A stretch of 64,000 nt of DNA, taken from NCBI GenBank assembly GCA_050944155.1, contig JBMNQN010000003.1:1-64000 (forward strand). The letters run 5' to 3'. The position numbers and the translations under genes were made by a program. The notes beneath the pieces were generated by a model. It was not told the origin of the DNA, made no database searches, and was given only the letters and a program-made list of their open reading frames with translations. This stretch comes from Candidatus Methanomethylophilaceae archaeon (GTDB lineage: Archaea; Thermoplasmatota; Thermoplasmata; Methanomassiliicoccales; Methanomethylophilaceae). Positions 49,071 to 60,457 of this stretch are shown piece after piece (within the stretch, counting starts at the first letter, position 1; every line of letters begins with the position of its first letter).

Positions 49071-50995
49071 TGCAGGGCGGAATGTTTACCGTCGCACTGG
49101 TCGGGCAGCCCAACGTGGGCAAGTCTTCGATGTTTACGAGACTTACCGGCGTAGGCGTCATTTCGTCCAACTACGCAGGCACAACCGTAGAATTCAAAGA
49201 AGCCGTGATAGCCAGAAAAGAGAACACGGTCCGCGTTTACGACCTTCCCGGAACGTACGGAATGTCCGGAAATTCCGACGACGAAGAAGTCGTACTGAAC
49301 ATGGTGAAAGATCCCACTATAGATTCGGTCGTGGTCATAGCCGACGAGACAAACCTTGTAAGCAGTCTCGTGCTGTGTTTCGAAGTCATCGAACTCGGTC
49401 TTCCCGTAATACTGGCACTTAACAAAACCGATGAAGCGAGAAAGAGATACGTTACCGATTACGAGGCTTTGGGAAACATCATCGGCGTGCCCGTCGTTCC
49501 GGTTTCCGCAAAAACTTCCGAAGGGGTGAACAATCTCGCGGACGTCATATGCGGCGGATTCCAGAAAATATCCCCGTTCAGAGTCGGATATTCGGACGGA
49601 ATAGAAAAAGCCGTATCCGATCTGGAGCGCAGACTGGAAGAATCCAGATTCAGCCGTCGCGGCGCGGCCGTAAAGCTTATGGAAGGCACCGAATCGTTTA
49701 TAGCGGATGTTTCTCCGGAGACGGCCGCTCTTGCGGCAGAATACCGATACGGTTTGGAATCCGAAGAGGGAATGTTCCCGGCAGTTTCCATAGGAAAGAG
49801 CAGGTACGAAGCGTCCGAAGAAGTCGTAAAAAAAGTACAGACGAAAATCGACGCACCCCTCAGCAGAAAGGAACGCATTTCAGAGATACTGATTACTCCG
49901 TCCACGGGAATTCCAATATTTCTGGCTATATGTTTCTCGCTGTTCGTCATAATGCTTTTCGGAGGTGCGAAACTGGACGAAGGCGTGATGTACCTTTACG
50001 ATGCGGCCGTAGGAAACGCAATCCCCGAATTCGGCTTTAAAGTGGGAGGGGACATAGGCGAAGCGATTGCCAAAGGAATCGACGGCAGCATACGGGCGAT
50101 TCTTTCCTTGGTGATTCCTTACATAATGCTGTTCTACATTATGCTGGGTCTTTTGGAAGATACGGGATATCTTCCCCGTGCCGTGGTTCTGATCGACAGA
50201 ACAATGCACAGATTCGGTCTGCACGGAGGAGCGTTTATTCCCATGATTGTGGGGCTCGGATGCAACGTACCGGCAGTGATGGCCGCCCGTACAATACGGT
50301 CCAGACGCGAAAGACTGATTCTTACAACTCTGATCGTGGTGTGCGTACCCTGTTCGGCACAGTTGGCAATCATAATGGGAGTGGTGGGAAAATATTCGGG
50401 AATCCTTTACGCGTTTGCGATACTTCTGATATTGCTGGCACTTATGGTTCTGCTCGGTTATGCCATGAACCGTCTGCTTAAGTACGAGCCGTCGGCGCTG
50501 ACCATGGAGCTTCCCGAACTTACCGTACCCTCCGGAAAAAACATTGCCTACAAAACATGGGAGAGAATGAAAGATTTCTTCACCATAGCCTTCCCGCTTC
50601 TGGTCGTGGGAAGCATCATCGTGGAGATTGCTCTGAAATACAATCTTCTGGACTTTTTGGTGGAGCCCACCAGTTTCATAACCGCGGGCATGCTGGGTCT
50701 TCCCGCCGTGCTGATAGTGGCGTTCATCGTGGGAATTCTCAGAAAAGAGATGGCCGTGGGTATGCTTATCGTGATAGCGGCAAGTGAGGGATTTACGGAT
50801 CTGACGATGTTCATGACTCCGGAACAGTTCTTCGTTTTCGGAATCGTCATGGCGATTTACATGCCGTGCATCGCGACCATAGCCACCATGTGGAAAGAAT
50901 TGGGGCTGAAAGAAACCGTTGCGGTATCCCTGTTTTCCATCGCCGTGGCCATAGCCGTAGGGACCGTTGCCAACCAGATACTTATGATAGTCTGA
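49070..50995 (+). CDS. feoB: Ferrous iron transporter B
   Basis: GQPNVGKS, NYAGTT, DLPG.Y, NKTD, LEDTGY, GCNVPA, PCSA, MELP, PCIAT. Confidence 0.94.
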   Translation: MQGGMFTVALVGQPNVGKSSMFTRLTGVGVISSNYAGTTVEFKEAVIARKENTVRVYDLPGTYGMSGNSDDEEVVLNMVKDPTIDSVVVIADETNLVSSLVLCFEVIELGLPVILALNKTDEARKRYVTDYEALGNIIGVPVVPVSAKTSEGVNNLADVICGGFQKISPFRVGYSDGIEKAVSDLERRLEESRFSRRGAAVKLMEGTESFIADVSPETAALAAEYRYGLESEEGMFPAVSIGKSRYEASEEVVKKVQTKIDAPLSRKERISEILITPSTGIPIFLAICFSLFVIMLFGGAKLDEGVMYLYDAAVGNAIPEFGFKVGGDIGEAIAKGIDGSIRAILSLVIPYIMLFYIMLGLLEDTGYLPRAVVLIDRTMHRFGLHGGAFIPMIVGLGCNVPAVMAARTIRSRRERLILTTLIVVCVPCSAQLAIIMGVVGKYSGILYAFAILLILLALMVLLGYAMNRLLKYEPSALTMELPELTVPSGKNIAYKTWERMKDFFTIAFPLLVVGSIIVEIALKYNLLDFLVEPTSFITAGMLGLPAVLIVAFIVGILRKEMAVGMLIVIAASEGFTDLTMFMTPEQFFVFGIVMAIYMPCIATIATMWKELGLKETVAVSLFSIAVAIAVGTVANQILMIV

Positions 50996-52675
50996 TCAGC
51001 GGTGGGTGTAGACCGCCTTTATCAGAGAGGGCGAAACCTCTTCCAATCTTACGAATCCGAATCTTTCGAACTGAACGGTATCGCTCTTTTCTTTCAGAAT
51101 TGCGTTTTCGGTCAGACCCTCGGCCGTAGTGCCGTCGGGCATGAGCACCCTGGTTTCGATGCTGTCTCTGGAAACCCACTGTACGGCGTGCACCCCTTCT
51201 CTGAGAACGGAAATGTCGTTTCCGTCGTACACGGCGGGAAGTCCGAATTTAATGTTGCACAGATCCTTCAGTCTCATGCGTCCCGTTTCGGAAAATTCCT
51301 CGGAATCGGTATCGGAAACGAAGACCGTTCTGCTTCCCGCAAGCAGGTAATGTTTGGTTCCCCTCTCAGGATGATCCGGATGCAGAGGCGCCTCGCCCTC
51401 TACGGAATCGATTCCGTCTATGTCGTAACGCACCGGATTCTTCACGAAGAAATATCTGTTAGAAACATCGTCGATGATATCGCGGTTCATTCCGTAGAGG
51501 TTGTCCCAGCTGAACTGAATATCCACGGATTTCATTCCCGCTTCCACCCAGTAACGCCTTATCGCTTCGGGGCGGATCCCTCTCTTTTTCAGCGCTATCA
51601 CCGTACCGGTGCGCACATCGTCCCATCCGGTGTATTCTCCGCTGAGTATGCTCTGTTTTATAAGGGAGGTTTTGAGAACCGTGTCGGGAATGTTTACGAG
51701 CCCGTAATGATAGTACACGGGTTTTTTCCATCCGAAGTAATCGAAAATGTACTCCTGTCTGAGAGTGTTGTTGAGGTGGTCCTTTCCGCGGATCACATGG
51801 GTCATTCCCATATCGTGGTCGTCCACCGCCACTGACAGATTCATCATGGGATATGCCGAATATCTGTCTCCGGTAAGAGGGTGGGGATGGGAAACAATCC
51901 TCAATGCCACGAAATCCCTGACTGCGGGATTGGGATGTGCCAGATCGGTTTTTACTACGGTGACCGCTTCCCCTTCTCCGTATTCTCCGGAAAGGAATTT
52001 TTCGTATCTTTCCATCTGCGTTTCCACGGGCAGATTTCTGCAGGGACAGGGAAGAGACCGTTCTTTCAGGCTGCGCCATTCGTCCCCGTCGCATGTGCAC
52101 ACGTAAGCGTGTCCCTCTTCGATGAGCTTCTTTACGCGTTCGTAATAAAGTTCGAAACGTTCGGACTGAATGTATGTTTTATCTGTTTTGACTCCCAGCC
52201 ACTCCAGGTCTTCCGGAATCATGTCGTAGGCTTCCCGGTTTATTTTTTCGGGGTTGGTGTCTTCCAGACGGAGAATCAGTTTTCCTCCGTATCTTTTGAG
52301 ATATTCGTCGTTGAGGATGGCAACCCTTGTGTGGCCTATGTGCAGGGGGCCCGAAGGACCCGGGGCAATGCGCATGACGACTCCATTTTCGACTCCTTCC
52401 AAATCGGGAAGTCTGTACACGCGTTCTTTTTTCTCTTTCACAAGCAGGGAAGAATCCAGTTCCGCAAGTTTTTCGGACTGGGCTTCCGGGGACATGGAAT
52501 TGACTTCTTCCACAATCCCGTTCACCGTTTCCCCGATTTCTCCGGCTTTGGCCCTGTATTCGGGGAATCCCGAAAGAATTTTTCCGAGAACCGCCTTGGG
52601 GTTCGCTTTTCCTTTAAAGAATACGGCGTTCTGGAGTGCATATTTTCTGATTTCTTCCTCGAGATTCGGAGCCAT
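50996..52675 (-). CDS. gltX: Glutamyl-tRNA synthetase (archaeal type)
   Basis: RIAP.PSGPLHIGH, R.EDT.P, DDH..G.THVIRGKD, QFERFGF. Confidence 0.96.
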   Translation of the reverse strand: MAPNLEEEIRKYALQNAVFFKGKANPKAVLGKILSGFPEYRAKAGEIGETVNGIVEEVNSMSPEAQSEKLAELDSSLLVKEKKERVYRLPDLEGVENGVVMRIAPGPSGPLHIGHTRVAILNDEYLKRYGGKLILRLEDTNPEKINREAYDMIPEDLEWLGVKTDKTYIQSERFELYYERVKKLIEEGHAYVCTCDGDEWRSLKERSLPCPCRNLPVETQMERYEKFLSGEYGEGEAVTVVKTDLAHPNPAVRDFVALRIVSHPHPLTGDRYSAYPMMNLSVAVDDHDMGMTHVIRGKDHLNNTLRQEYIFDYFGWKKPVYYHYGLVNIPDTVLKTSLIKQSILSGEYTGWDDVRTGTVIALKKRGIRPEAIRRYWVEAGMKSVDIQFSWDNLYGMNRDIIDDVSNRYFFVKNPVRYDIDGIDSVEGEAPLHPDHPERGTKHYLLAGSRTVFVSDTDSEEFSETGRMRLKDLCNIKFGLPAVYDGNDISVLREGVHAVQWVSRDSIETRVLMPDGTTAEGLTENAILKEKSDTVQFERFGFVRLEEVSPSLIKAVYTHR

Positions 52676-52814
52676 CGGCAACGGATTCGGGTGCCCGTAT
52701 AAATCGTTGACCTTTCGCCTGCTCTTTTGCGCTTTTCCCGGGGGAAGATTAAAGTTTGCCGTATTTTTACTGAAACACCGTTTTTCTGTTTTTTATGCTA
52801 TACGCACACACCTC

Positions 52815-53000
52815 TTTCGGACTTTCCGATATTTGTTTCCTCATATAGGCATAAATTCTGTCGCGCCGCACAAATGGCCGGACGGCAAAAAAACAGCCAC
52901 AAAGAAAAACTGGTAAAATCGATCCGCAGTTGTAATCAAAATCTTCTGCGGGGCGGGCACTCTTTCCGGGGATATGCATTCAAAATTGCCGAAAATGCAA
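52815..53000 (+). repeat. Left arm of an imperfect inverted repeat flanking the adhesin gene
   Basis: 52850-52890 matches the reverse complement of 55721-55761 at 35/41 nt, including 17 identical nt (TTCTGTCGCGCCGCACA); gapped similarity extends over 150-200 nt. Confidence 0.8.
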
Positions 53001-53256
53001 CTGCATTTCCGTCAGGTCTGCATTCGGAAACTCCAGCTCATCCGTAGCAAGGTAAGGGGCAACGGTATAGAGTGCCTTACTTCGCCCCGAAAAGGACGGG
53101 GGAACAGGGGTGCTTGCGAAATTTTTCCTTCACAACATTCCGAGAGTGATTGTGTTACCTGCCCGAATCGATAATTTCCGCAGATTTACGGATGTGCATA
53201 TCTTTTTAAGCGGAAAAGTGCTGATTTAATCATAAGTCGGTACAGCACGTCGAATA

Positions 53257-55447
53257 ATGCGCATAAGAACAGCCTTTTCACTAAACGCAATCTGATTTTG
53301 TCCGCGGCCGTTTTCTTTTTGGCGGTCGCATCGTTCGGGGTTCTGACGGGTTTTGCCGATGATGCGGATGCGGTCCTGTTTGATAAGGACGGACTCAAAT
53401 ACGAAACCACCTCCGTCGACGAAGTTACGGTTACCGGCACTACATTGAGCTCCGGGGATTTGGTAATTCCCCCCTCAGTTATTTACGGCGGGACGAATTA
53501 CACAGTCACCTCCATCGGGAATAACGCATTCTACGGCTGTTCCGGGTTCACTGATTCTCTGACCATACCCAATAGCGTAAGACCATCGAGTATTCCGCAT
53601 TCCAGGGTTGTTCCGGGTTCAAAGGTAACCTCGTCATACCGGACAGCGTCACTTCCATAGGGGATTATGCATTCTATGAGTGTTCCGGGTTTGACGGCAA
53701 CCTTACGATACCCGGCACCGTCAAGTCCATCGGTAGGTCCGCATTCTTTGGCTGTTCCAAGTTAACCGGCGACCTCACCATACCCGATGGCGTCGAGTCC
53801 ATCGGGATTAACGCATTCTGTGGATGTTCCAGGTTCGACGGTACCCTCAAGATATCCAGCGATGTCACATCCATCGGGCATTCCGTATTCTCTCACTGTT
53901 CCATGTTAACCGGTAACCTCACCATACCCGGCTCCGTCAAGTCCATCGGTGATTCCGCATTCTATGGGTGTTCCAAGTTAACCGGCCCCCTCACCATACC
54001 CGGCTCCGTCGAGTCCATCGGGGATTACGCGTTTCAGGATTGTTCCGAGTTAACTGGTAACCTCGTCATACCGGACAGCGTCACAACCATCGGGGAATCA
54101 GCATTCTACGGGGCGGAGTCTTTTAAGGGCCTAACCTTTGCCGGAGAAAGTTTTCCCGCAATCGGAAGCAATGCATTTAATTTCAACACGACTTCGAAGG
54201 AAAAACGCTACGATCTTAAATTCCAGTCCAACAGGCCGTTGCCCGACACAATGAAGTACGATCACACGAAATTCCAATGCGAAATAATCTGGAACTTTGG
54301 TGAAATCTCTTATTCACAGGACTGTCTCTACGGAACCCTTCCGGAATATGAAGGAACCGTACCCGCCGGAAATTTCTTTGAATGGCCGGCTGTCGAAGAG
54401 GTAACCGGTCCGAAGGAATATACCGTCGCGTACAAAGAAATCACCGTGGATTTCGGCGAAGACAATTACTACTACACGGGTTCCCCAGTAGTTCCGGAAG
54501 TAACCGTTAAAATCGGTTCCGATATACTCGAAAAAGACACGGACTACGAGATTTCTTATTCGGAAACCTATGTTGGCTCCGCCGCCGTCACCATCACGGG
54601 CATCGGCAAGTACGGAGGAACCGTCGAAAAAGGATTTGAGATCCTCAAGGCGAAGCTGACGGTCACCGCCGAAGACAAGACGGTCACCTTCTCCGAAGCA
54701 GCTCCCGAGTTTACCGCGAAGTACGAAGGGTTTGTGAACGACGAGAACGAAAGCGTTCTCGGCGGAACTCTGGAATTCGACTGCGGTTACGACGGATCCG
54801 TTTACGCGGAGACCTTCGACATAATACCCAATGGATTAACATCGGACAACTACAACATAACGTTCGTTAAGGGCACCCTTACCGTCTCGAAGGCGGAGAT
54901 CGGCATACCGACCGCCGTATCCGGACTTACCTACAACGGTGCGGAACAGACCGGCGTCCCCGTGGGCGAGGGCTACACAATAACCGGGAATACCGGCATT
55001 AATGCCGGCGGTTACACAGCAACAGCAACCCTCGATGACGGTTATGCCTGGTCCGACGGTTCCGTCGATAACAAGACGATTGAATGGTCCATAGCCAAGG
55101 CGATACTTACCGCCGCTTACTCTGGAGAGACCGTAACTTACGGCGACAGCCCTGAACTGAATGTCACGGTGACGGGCTTCGTCAACGGAGAGACGGCCGA
55201 AACTGCGGCCGGCTACGTTGCACCGACGGTGATTAACGAAAACACTGACGCGGGTACCTACACCCTGGTGCCGGCAGGCGGCTCCGCTCTCAACTACGAC
55301 TTCGAATACGTATCCGGCACCCTAACCATAGAGGCAAACGCACCTGCCGAGAATACGGGCGTCTCCCTGGGCGCGATTGCTGCCACCGTTGCGGTTCTGG
55401 CAGTCGCCGCCGCTGCCGTTGCGTTCTGGCTGCTGAGACGTAAGTGA
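53257..55447 (+). pseudogene. BspA/LRR_5 plus MBG-domain surface adhesin with a C-terminal TM anchor, frameshifted
   Basis: Signal-peptide-like N-terminus, 24-aa LRRs, MBG-like LTVTAEDKT...YEGFVN...NY.I.FV.GTLTV, TM plus RRK; frame switch at about 53579; ATG 53257 is out of frame with the signal peptide. Confidence 0.8.
53505..54135 (+). repeat. Tandem 72-bp (24-aa) leucine-rich-repeat units, about 8-9 copies
   Basis: TIPxSVxSIGxxAFxGCSxLTGxL units; ACCATACC at 53921 and 53993 is 72 bp apart. Confidence 0.88.
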
Positions 55448-55449
55448 GT

Positions 55450-55478
55450 CCGGGATGCCCGCTCTGTGGGCGTCCCGG
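55450..55478 (+). terminator. GC-rich hairpin immediately after the adhesin stop
   Basis: CCGGGATGCCCGC-tct-GTGGGCGTCCCGG, a 13-bp stem with 2 G-U pairs. Confidence 0.5.
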
Positions 55479-55584
55479 GCCAAACCTCTTACCGCACACT
55501 CGCGGCGGATTATCGTAAATTCTGCCCCCAGGGCGCGCAATAAACCTATTAACTCCCGAATCAGCGTTCACTTACTTCGTCGGG

Positions 55585-55800
55585 CAATCCGTTACGGCAC
55601 TGTCTTTTGAACGGAATCCCGCCGTAGGGAGTATGGCTTTCAGACCGGAGTCACCCCGAAGAAGATTTCCATTGTGAATGCGGAGCAATCTTACCCGTTT
55701 TCTTCATTTATGACTTTTCCTTTTGCCGTCTGGATATGTGTGCGGCGCGACAGAACGTATGTTAATATTTACCGAAAAAACAAACAGCAGAAAGTCCAAA
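55585..55800 (-). repeat. Right arm of the imperfect inverted repeat flanking the adhesin gene
   Basis: Reverse complement aligns to 52815-53000 (GGACTTT..TTTGTTT, TTCTGTCGCGCCGCACA, GACGGCAAAA, AAAAC.GGTAA, TCCGCA, AAATCTTCT.CGGGG, TTCAAAA). Confidence 0.8.
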
Positions 55801-55887
55801 ATGCAGCAATCTTCGGTATTACCAGGAATTATTCAGCAGAGTACTTTTTGATGGTCAGATTATATATTATCGAACCAATCATCGTTT

Positions 55888-57147
55888 ATGACAGTCAGAG
55901 ATTCCATAGCGGGCGGTTTCGTCTCCGTAAAGGAAGAGACGGACAGAGATTCGGGTAAAATCACCGAAATACTGTCCGGTGACCAATCCTCGACGTTTCT
56001 TTTCGAGAACATCAACGGAAGGAAAGCCGCCGGCAACTGCTTTTCCACCAGAAAGAAGATTGCGGACGCTCTCGGCATAAAACCCGAAGAAATCATAAAC
56101 GCAATGTCCGCGGCCGCTGCTTCCCCGCAGCCCGTGACCGAAACAAAGAAACCCGCATTCAGGGAAAAAGCCGTAAAAACGGATCTGACCGAACTCCCCA
56201 TACCGAAATACTATCCCGAAGACGGAGGACGCTACATCTCCTCCGGCGTAATCGTTGCGGAATGGGGAGGCAAGAAAAACGTTTCTTTCCACAGAATGAT
56301 GATTATGGGTCCGGACAAGATGGCCGTAAGACTGGTTCCCAGACACCTGTACACAATGTACAACGCGGCCAAAAAAGCAGGGGAGGAACTGAAGATAGCC
56401 GTATGCGTGGGAGTTCCCGCGGAAGTTCTTCTGGGAGCCGCAACGTCCACGGATTACGAAACGGACGAACTGGAAGTAGCGTCCGCTCTGAGAGTCAACG
56501 CCGGAAAGAAACCTCTGGAAGTGGGAAAGTGCGATAACGGTCTGTACGTTCCGGCCGATACCGACTACGTCTTCGAAGGACGCATAACCTTCGAAGAAAC
56601 GGCCGAAGGACCGTTCGTGGATATCACGAACACTTACGATACGGTGAGACAGCAGCCCGTAATAAAAATCGATAAAATCTGGAGCTGCAAAGACCCGATA
56701 TTCCATCTGCTTCTGCCCGGAGGATGGGAACACTATCTTCTCATGGGCCTTCCCAGGGAACCCATGATTCTCAAATCCGTAAGACAGGCTGTACCCAGAG
56801 TCAAAGCGGTGCGTTTGACCGAAGGGGGATGTTGCTGGCTAAACGGAGTCGTATCTGTTGCCAAAAACAAGGAAGGCGACGGCGTAAACGCAATAATGGC
56901 CGCGTTTACCGGACACACGTCCATGAAACAGGTAATCGTTGTCGACGACGACATAGACATATTCGACGACAGGGAAGTGGAATGGGCGGTGGCCACGAGA
57001 ATGCAGGGAGACGGAATAATCAGAATACCGGGAGCGGCCGGATCGTCTCTGGATCCGAGCGCGGGAAAGGTAACGTGGAAAATCGGGTACGACGCCACTC
57101 TGCCTCTGGACGCGGATCTGAAGGTATTCAGAAAGGTTTCCTTATGA
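55888..57147 (+). CDS. UbiD-family prFMN-dependent decarboxylase (possibly anhydromevalonate-phosphate decarboxylase)
   Basis: LP.P.Y..EDGG.YI.SG, N.S.HR, EGPFVD.T..YD, VVD.DID.FD...VEWA.ATR. Confidence 0.85.
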   Translation: MTVRDSIAGGFVSVKEETDRDSGKITEILSGDQSSTFLFENINGRKAAGNCFSTRKKIADALGIKPEEIINAMSAAAASPQPVTETKKPAFREKAVKTDLTELPIPKYYPEDGGRYISSGVIVAEWGGKKNVSFHRMMIMGPDKMAVRLVPRHLYTMYNAAKKAGEELKIAVCVGVPAEVLLGAATSTDYETDELEVASALRVNAGKKPLEVGKCDNGLYVPADTDYVFEGRITFEETAEGPFVDITNTYDTVRQQPVIKIDKIWSCKDPIFHLLLPGGWEHYLLMGLPREPMILKSVRQAVPRVKAVRLTEGGCCWLNGVVSVAKNKEGDGVNAIMAAFTGHTSMKQVIVVDDDIDIFDDREVEWAVATRMQGDGIIRIPGAAGSSLDPSAGKVTWKIGYDATLPLDADLKVFRKVSL

Positions 57148-57219
57148 TGTCTTTTGCAAAGGTCTTATAATAAGAATATGCATATGCGGTTAAGAACCCC
57201 GTAAGGGAATGGTGAACAA

Positions 57220-57333
57220 ATGGCAGACGAGAACGCAATGGAAGAGAAGAGGAAGCGCAACAACAAAATCATCGCCACGGTCATGTTTCTTTCCGTGCTC
57301 GCCGCGACGGTGTTTGCTTACTGCTACTTCTGA
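57220..57333 (+). CDS. 37-aa single-pass membrane protein
   Basis: Own translation: MADENAMEEKRKRNNKIIATVMFLSVLAATVFAYCYF; GGTGA Shine-Dalgarno at 57211; TATA-like element near 57165. Confidence 0.65.
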   Translation: MADENAMEEKRKRNNKIIATVMFLSVLAATVFAYCYF

Positions 57334-57410
57334 TCGGCCGTAAACCGTATTCCGGGTGCCCGCCCGGTTATTTTTAACACTGATACAAGGTACGCGCGGT
57401 ACCTTCCGTT

Positions 57411-58733
<1,323 letters not shown>

Positions 58734-58758
58734 TTAATGCGTCCGCCTATAAAATGAC

Positions 58759-59862
58759 TCATCGTTTTCCGTCGGGACTGACAGAAGAATAAACGGAAAT
58801 TATCTCGTTCAGATTCAGATCGGTTTTGAACGAAGTGGGGGAAACATGGGTTTTGGACGCTCTGCCGTAAAGACGGAGTTCTTCGATCATGCGGTCTATT
58901 TTCGGCGGGGACAGTTTCGTATGGGAAGAAAGTTCGCTCAGGTCGTAAACGAAAACGGAATCCAGTTCTTCTTTCCAAATATCCAGCATTTTGCCGCAGC
59001 GTTTCTCCTCCGCGGTTCCTTCCGGACTCATGGAATCAAGAATATCCCTGTCGTGAAGGGGACCCGCCCAAAGGGGACCGAGACGGTGTTCCGAATCCGA
59101 ATGCTCCGACAGAGATCTTTCCATGGTACTCCTGTCGTAATGCATGTAATTCAATTGTGCCAGCATCTTATCCGCTTCGACCGAGCCCTCGGTGATTCTT
59201 ACATAGGTGCGGTAATAGTGGTCTGCGGAAAAAGAGAGCATGGGAACCATTCCCCTGTCGAATTTGGCAAGTTCTCTGGCAACCGCACTCATAAGAATGC
59301 GCAGTCCGCCTTCGTGGCACATGTATCCTCTCACGGGTTCGGACTGGTACCGTCTGCGGCATTTGGCCGCGTGGGCTCCCGCGAGGGGTGCGGTGTCCGT
59401 TGCCGTAACGGCGAGTATTCCTTTTCTGGAACATCCTCTTATCGCGGACTGAATGAACGGAACCGGGGAACCGAAAGGATCCAGATCCACGTATCCGAAC
59501 GCATGTTCGGAAAAAAGAACGTGAAGATTTTTTATCGACGGTTCGCAGTTTTCCAGATTGTTCTGCGCTATGTTTTTTTCTATGAACGGCAGAGAATCCG
59601 GATTGACGTCGTTTGCGGTGACTTCGGTGTTTTTCGCTTCGTTGGCTATCCGTACCGCCCGTGCGCCGGTGGCGGTCATGGCGTCTGCAACCGTTATGTT
59701 GCGTTCGAGAGAACGCAGGAGCATCACGCTCACGTCACGGTTGAAGGCCATCTGACTGTTGAAAAAAACACCGCCGGTCTTTTTACCGGGACCGCCGGAG
59801 GAATGTTCTTCGGGAACCGTCAGAAGCGTGTTTCCTTCCTTTACCGCGACTGTTCGGGGCAT
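58759..59862 (-). CDS. trm1: tRNA (guanine-26 N2)-dimethyltransferase
   Basis: VFFN..M.FNRD, ATG.R..R, DLDPFGSP, TATD...L.G, GPLW.GPL. Confidence 0.92.
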   Translation of the reverse strand: MPRTVAVKEGNTLLTVPEEHSSGGPGKKTGGVFFNSQMAFNRDVSVMLLRSLERNITVADAMTATGARAVRIANEAKNTEVTANDVNPDSLPFIEKNIAQNNLENCEPSIKNLHVLFSEHAFGYVDLDPFGSPVPFIQSAIRGCSRKGILAVTATDTAPLAGAHAAKCRRRYQSEPVRGYMCHEGGLRILMSAVARELAKFDRGMVPMLSFSADHYYRTYVRITEGSVEADKMLAQLNYMHYDRSTMERSLSEHSDSEHRLGPLWAGPLHDRDILDSMSPEGTAEEKRCGKMLDIWKEELDSVFVYDLSELSSHTKLSPPKIDRMIEELRLYGRASKTHVSPTSFKTDLNLNEIISVYSSVSPDGKR

Positions 59863-60407
59863 CAGACATTTTCACCGCTCATCAGGCGTATGATTTTGTA
59901 CGGGAGAATGTTGCGATTGGTAGGCGTCACTTCGAGTATGCGGACGTCGTCGCGTCTTCTTATGTCCTGCAGAAGAGGGTTTCTGGATTTTTTGTGCAGA
60001 GTTATAATCATGGGTTTCCCCACTTCGAGGGCCTCTTTTACGGATTCGATGAACGCGGGGCATTCGACTTCCAGCCTCCCGACTTCGTCGATTACGATGA
60101 TGTCGCACTCTTCGCATGCTCGTTTTATGGCGGCCACACCGATTTTTTCCAGTGCTTCAACGTCCAATCCGAGTTTTCCCACGGTTATACGGCTGTCTAT
60201 GTCCACACTGGCGAAAACCTCGGTTTCTCCGGTGACTAAATCCCTTACGGTACACCCGGTCTTCCGGCGGCCGTCGTCAACGGGTTCGTTAATCATGCCC
60301 CCGATTTTCATGTCGCTGTCGCCCAGCATTTCCAGTACTTTCAGTAATACGTAGGTCTTTCCGGACCCAGGAAGACCGGTTATGCCGATTTTGAGATTAG
60401 AAGCCAT
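59862..60407 (-). CDS. THEP1-type nucleoside triphosphatase
   Basis: ITG.PG.GKT, VGK..., IVIDEVG..E; start ATG 60407. Confidence 0.88.
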   Translation of the reverse strand: MASNLKIGITGLPGSGKTYVLLKVLEMLGDSDMKIGGMINEPVDDGRRKTGCTVRDLVTGETEVFASVDIDSRITVGKLGLDVEALEKIGVAAIKRACEECDIIVIDEVGRLEVECPAFIESVKEALEVGKPMIITLHKKSRNPLLQDIRRRDDVRILEVTPTNRNILPYKIIRLMSGENV

Positions 60408-60457
60408 AATTCCGTATCCAGGTTGTACCTGTATGGTTTTTCTGATATATAGACTGT

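Noticed and set aside
53573-53575. TAG just upstream of the long adhesin frame as a pyrrolysine codon
   Set aside because: The upstream adhesin sequence is in a different frame, so readthrough would not join the two parts. A -1 shift is needed.
53505-54135. 72-bp periodic repeats as a CRISPR array or DGR template/variable repeats
   Set aside because: They are in-frame degenerate LRR coding units without unique spacers. No cas or reverse transcriptase gene is present, and differences are not confined to adenines.
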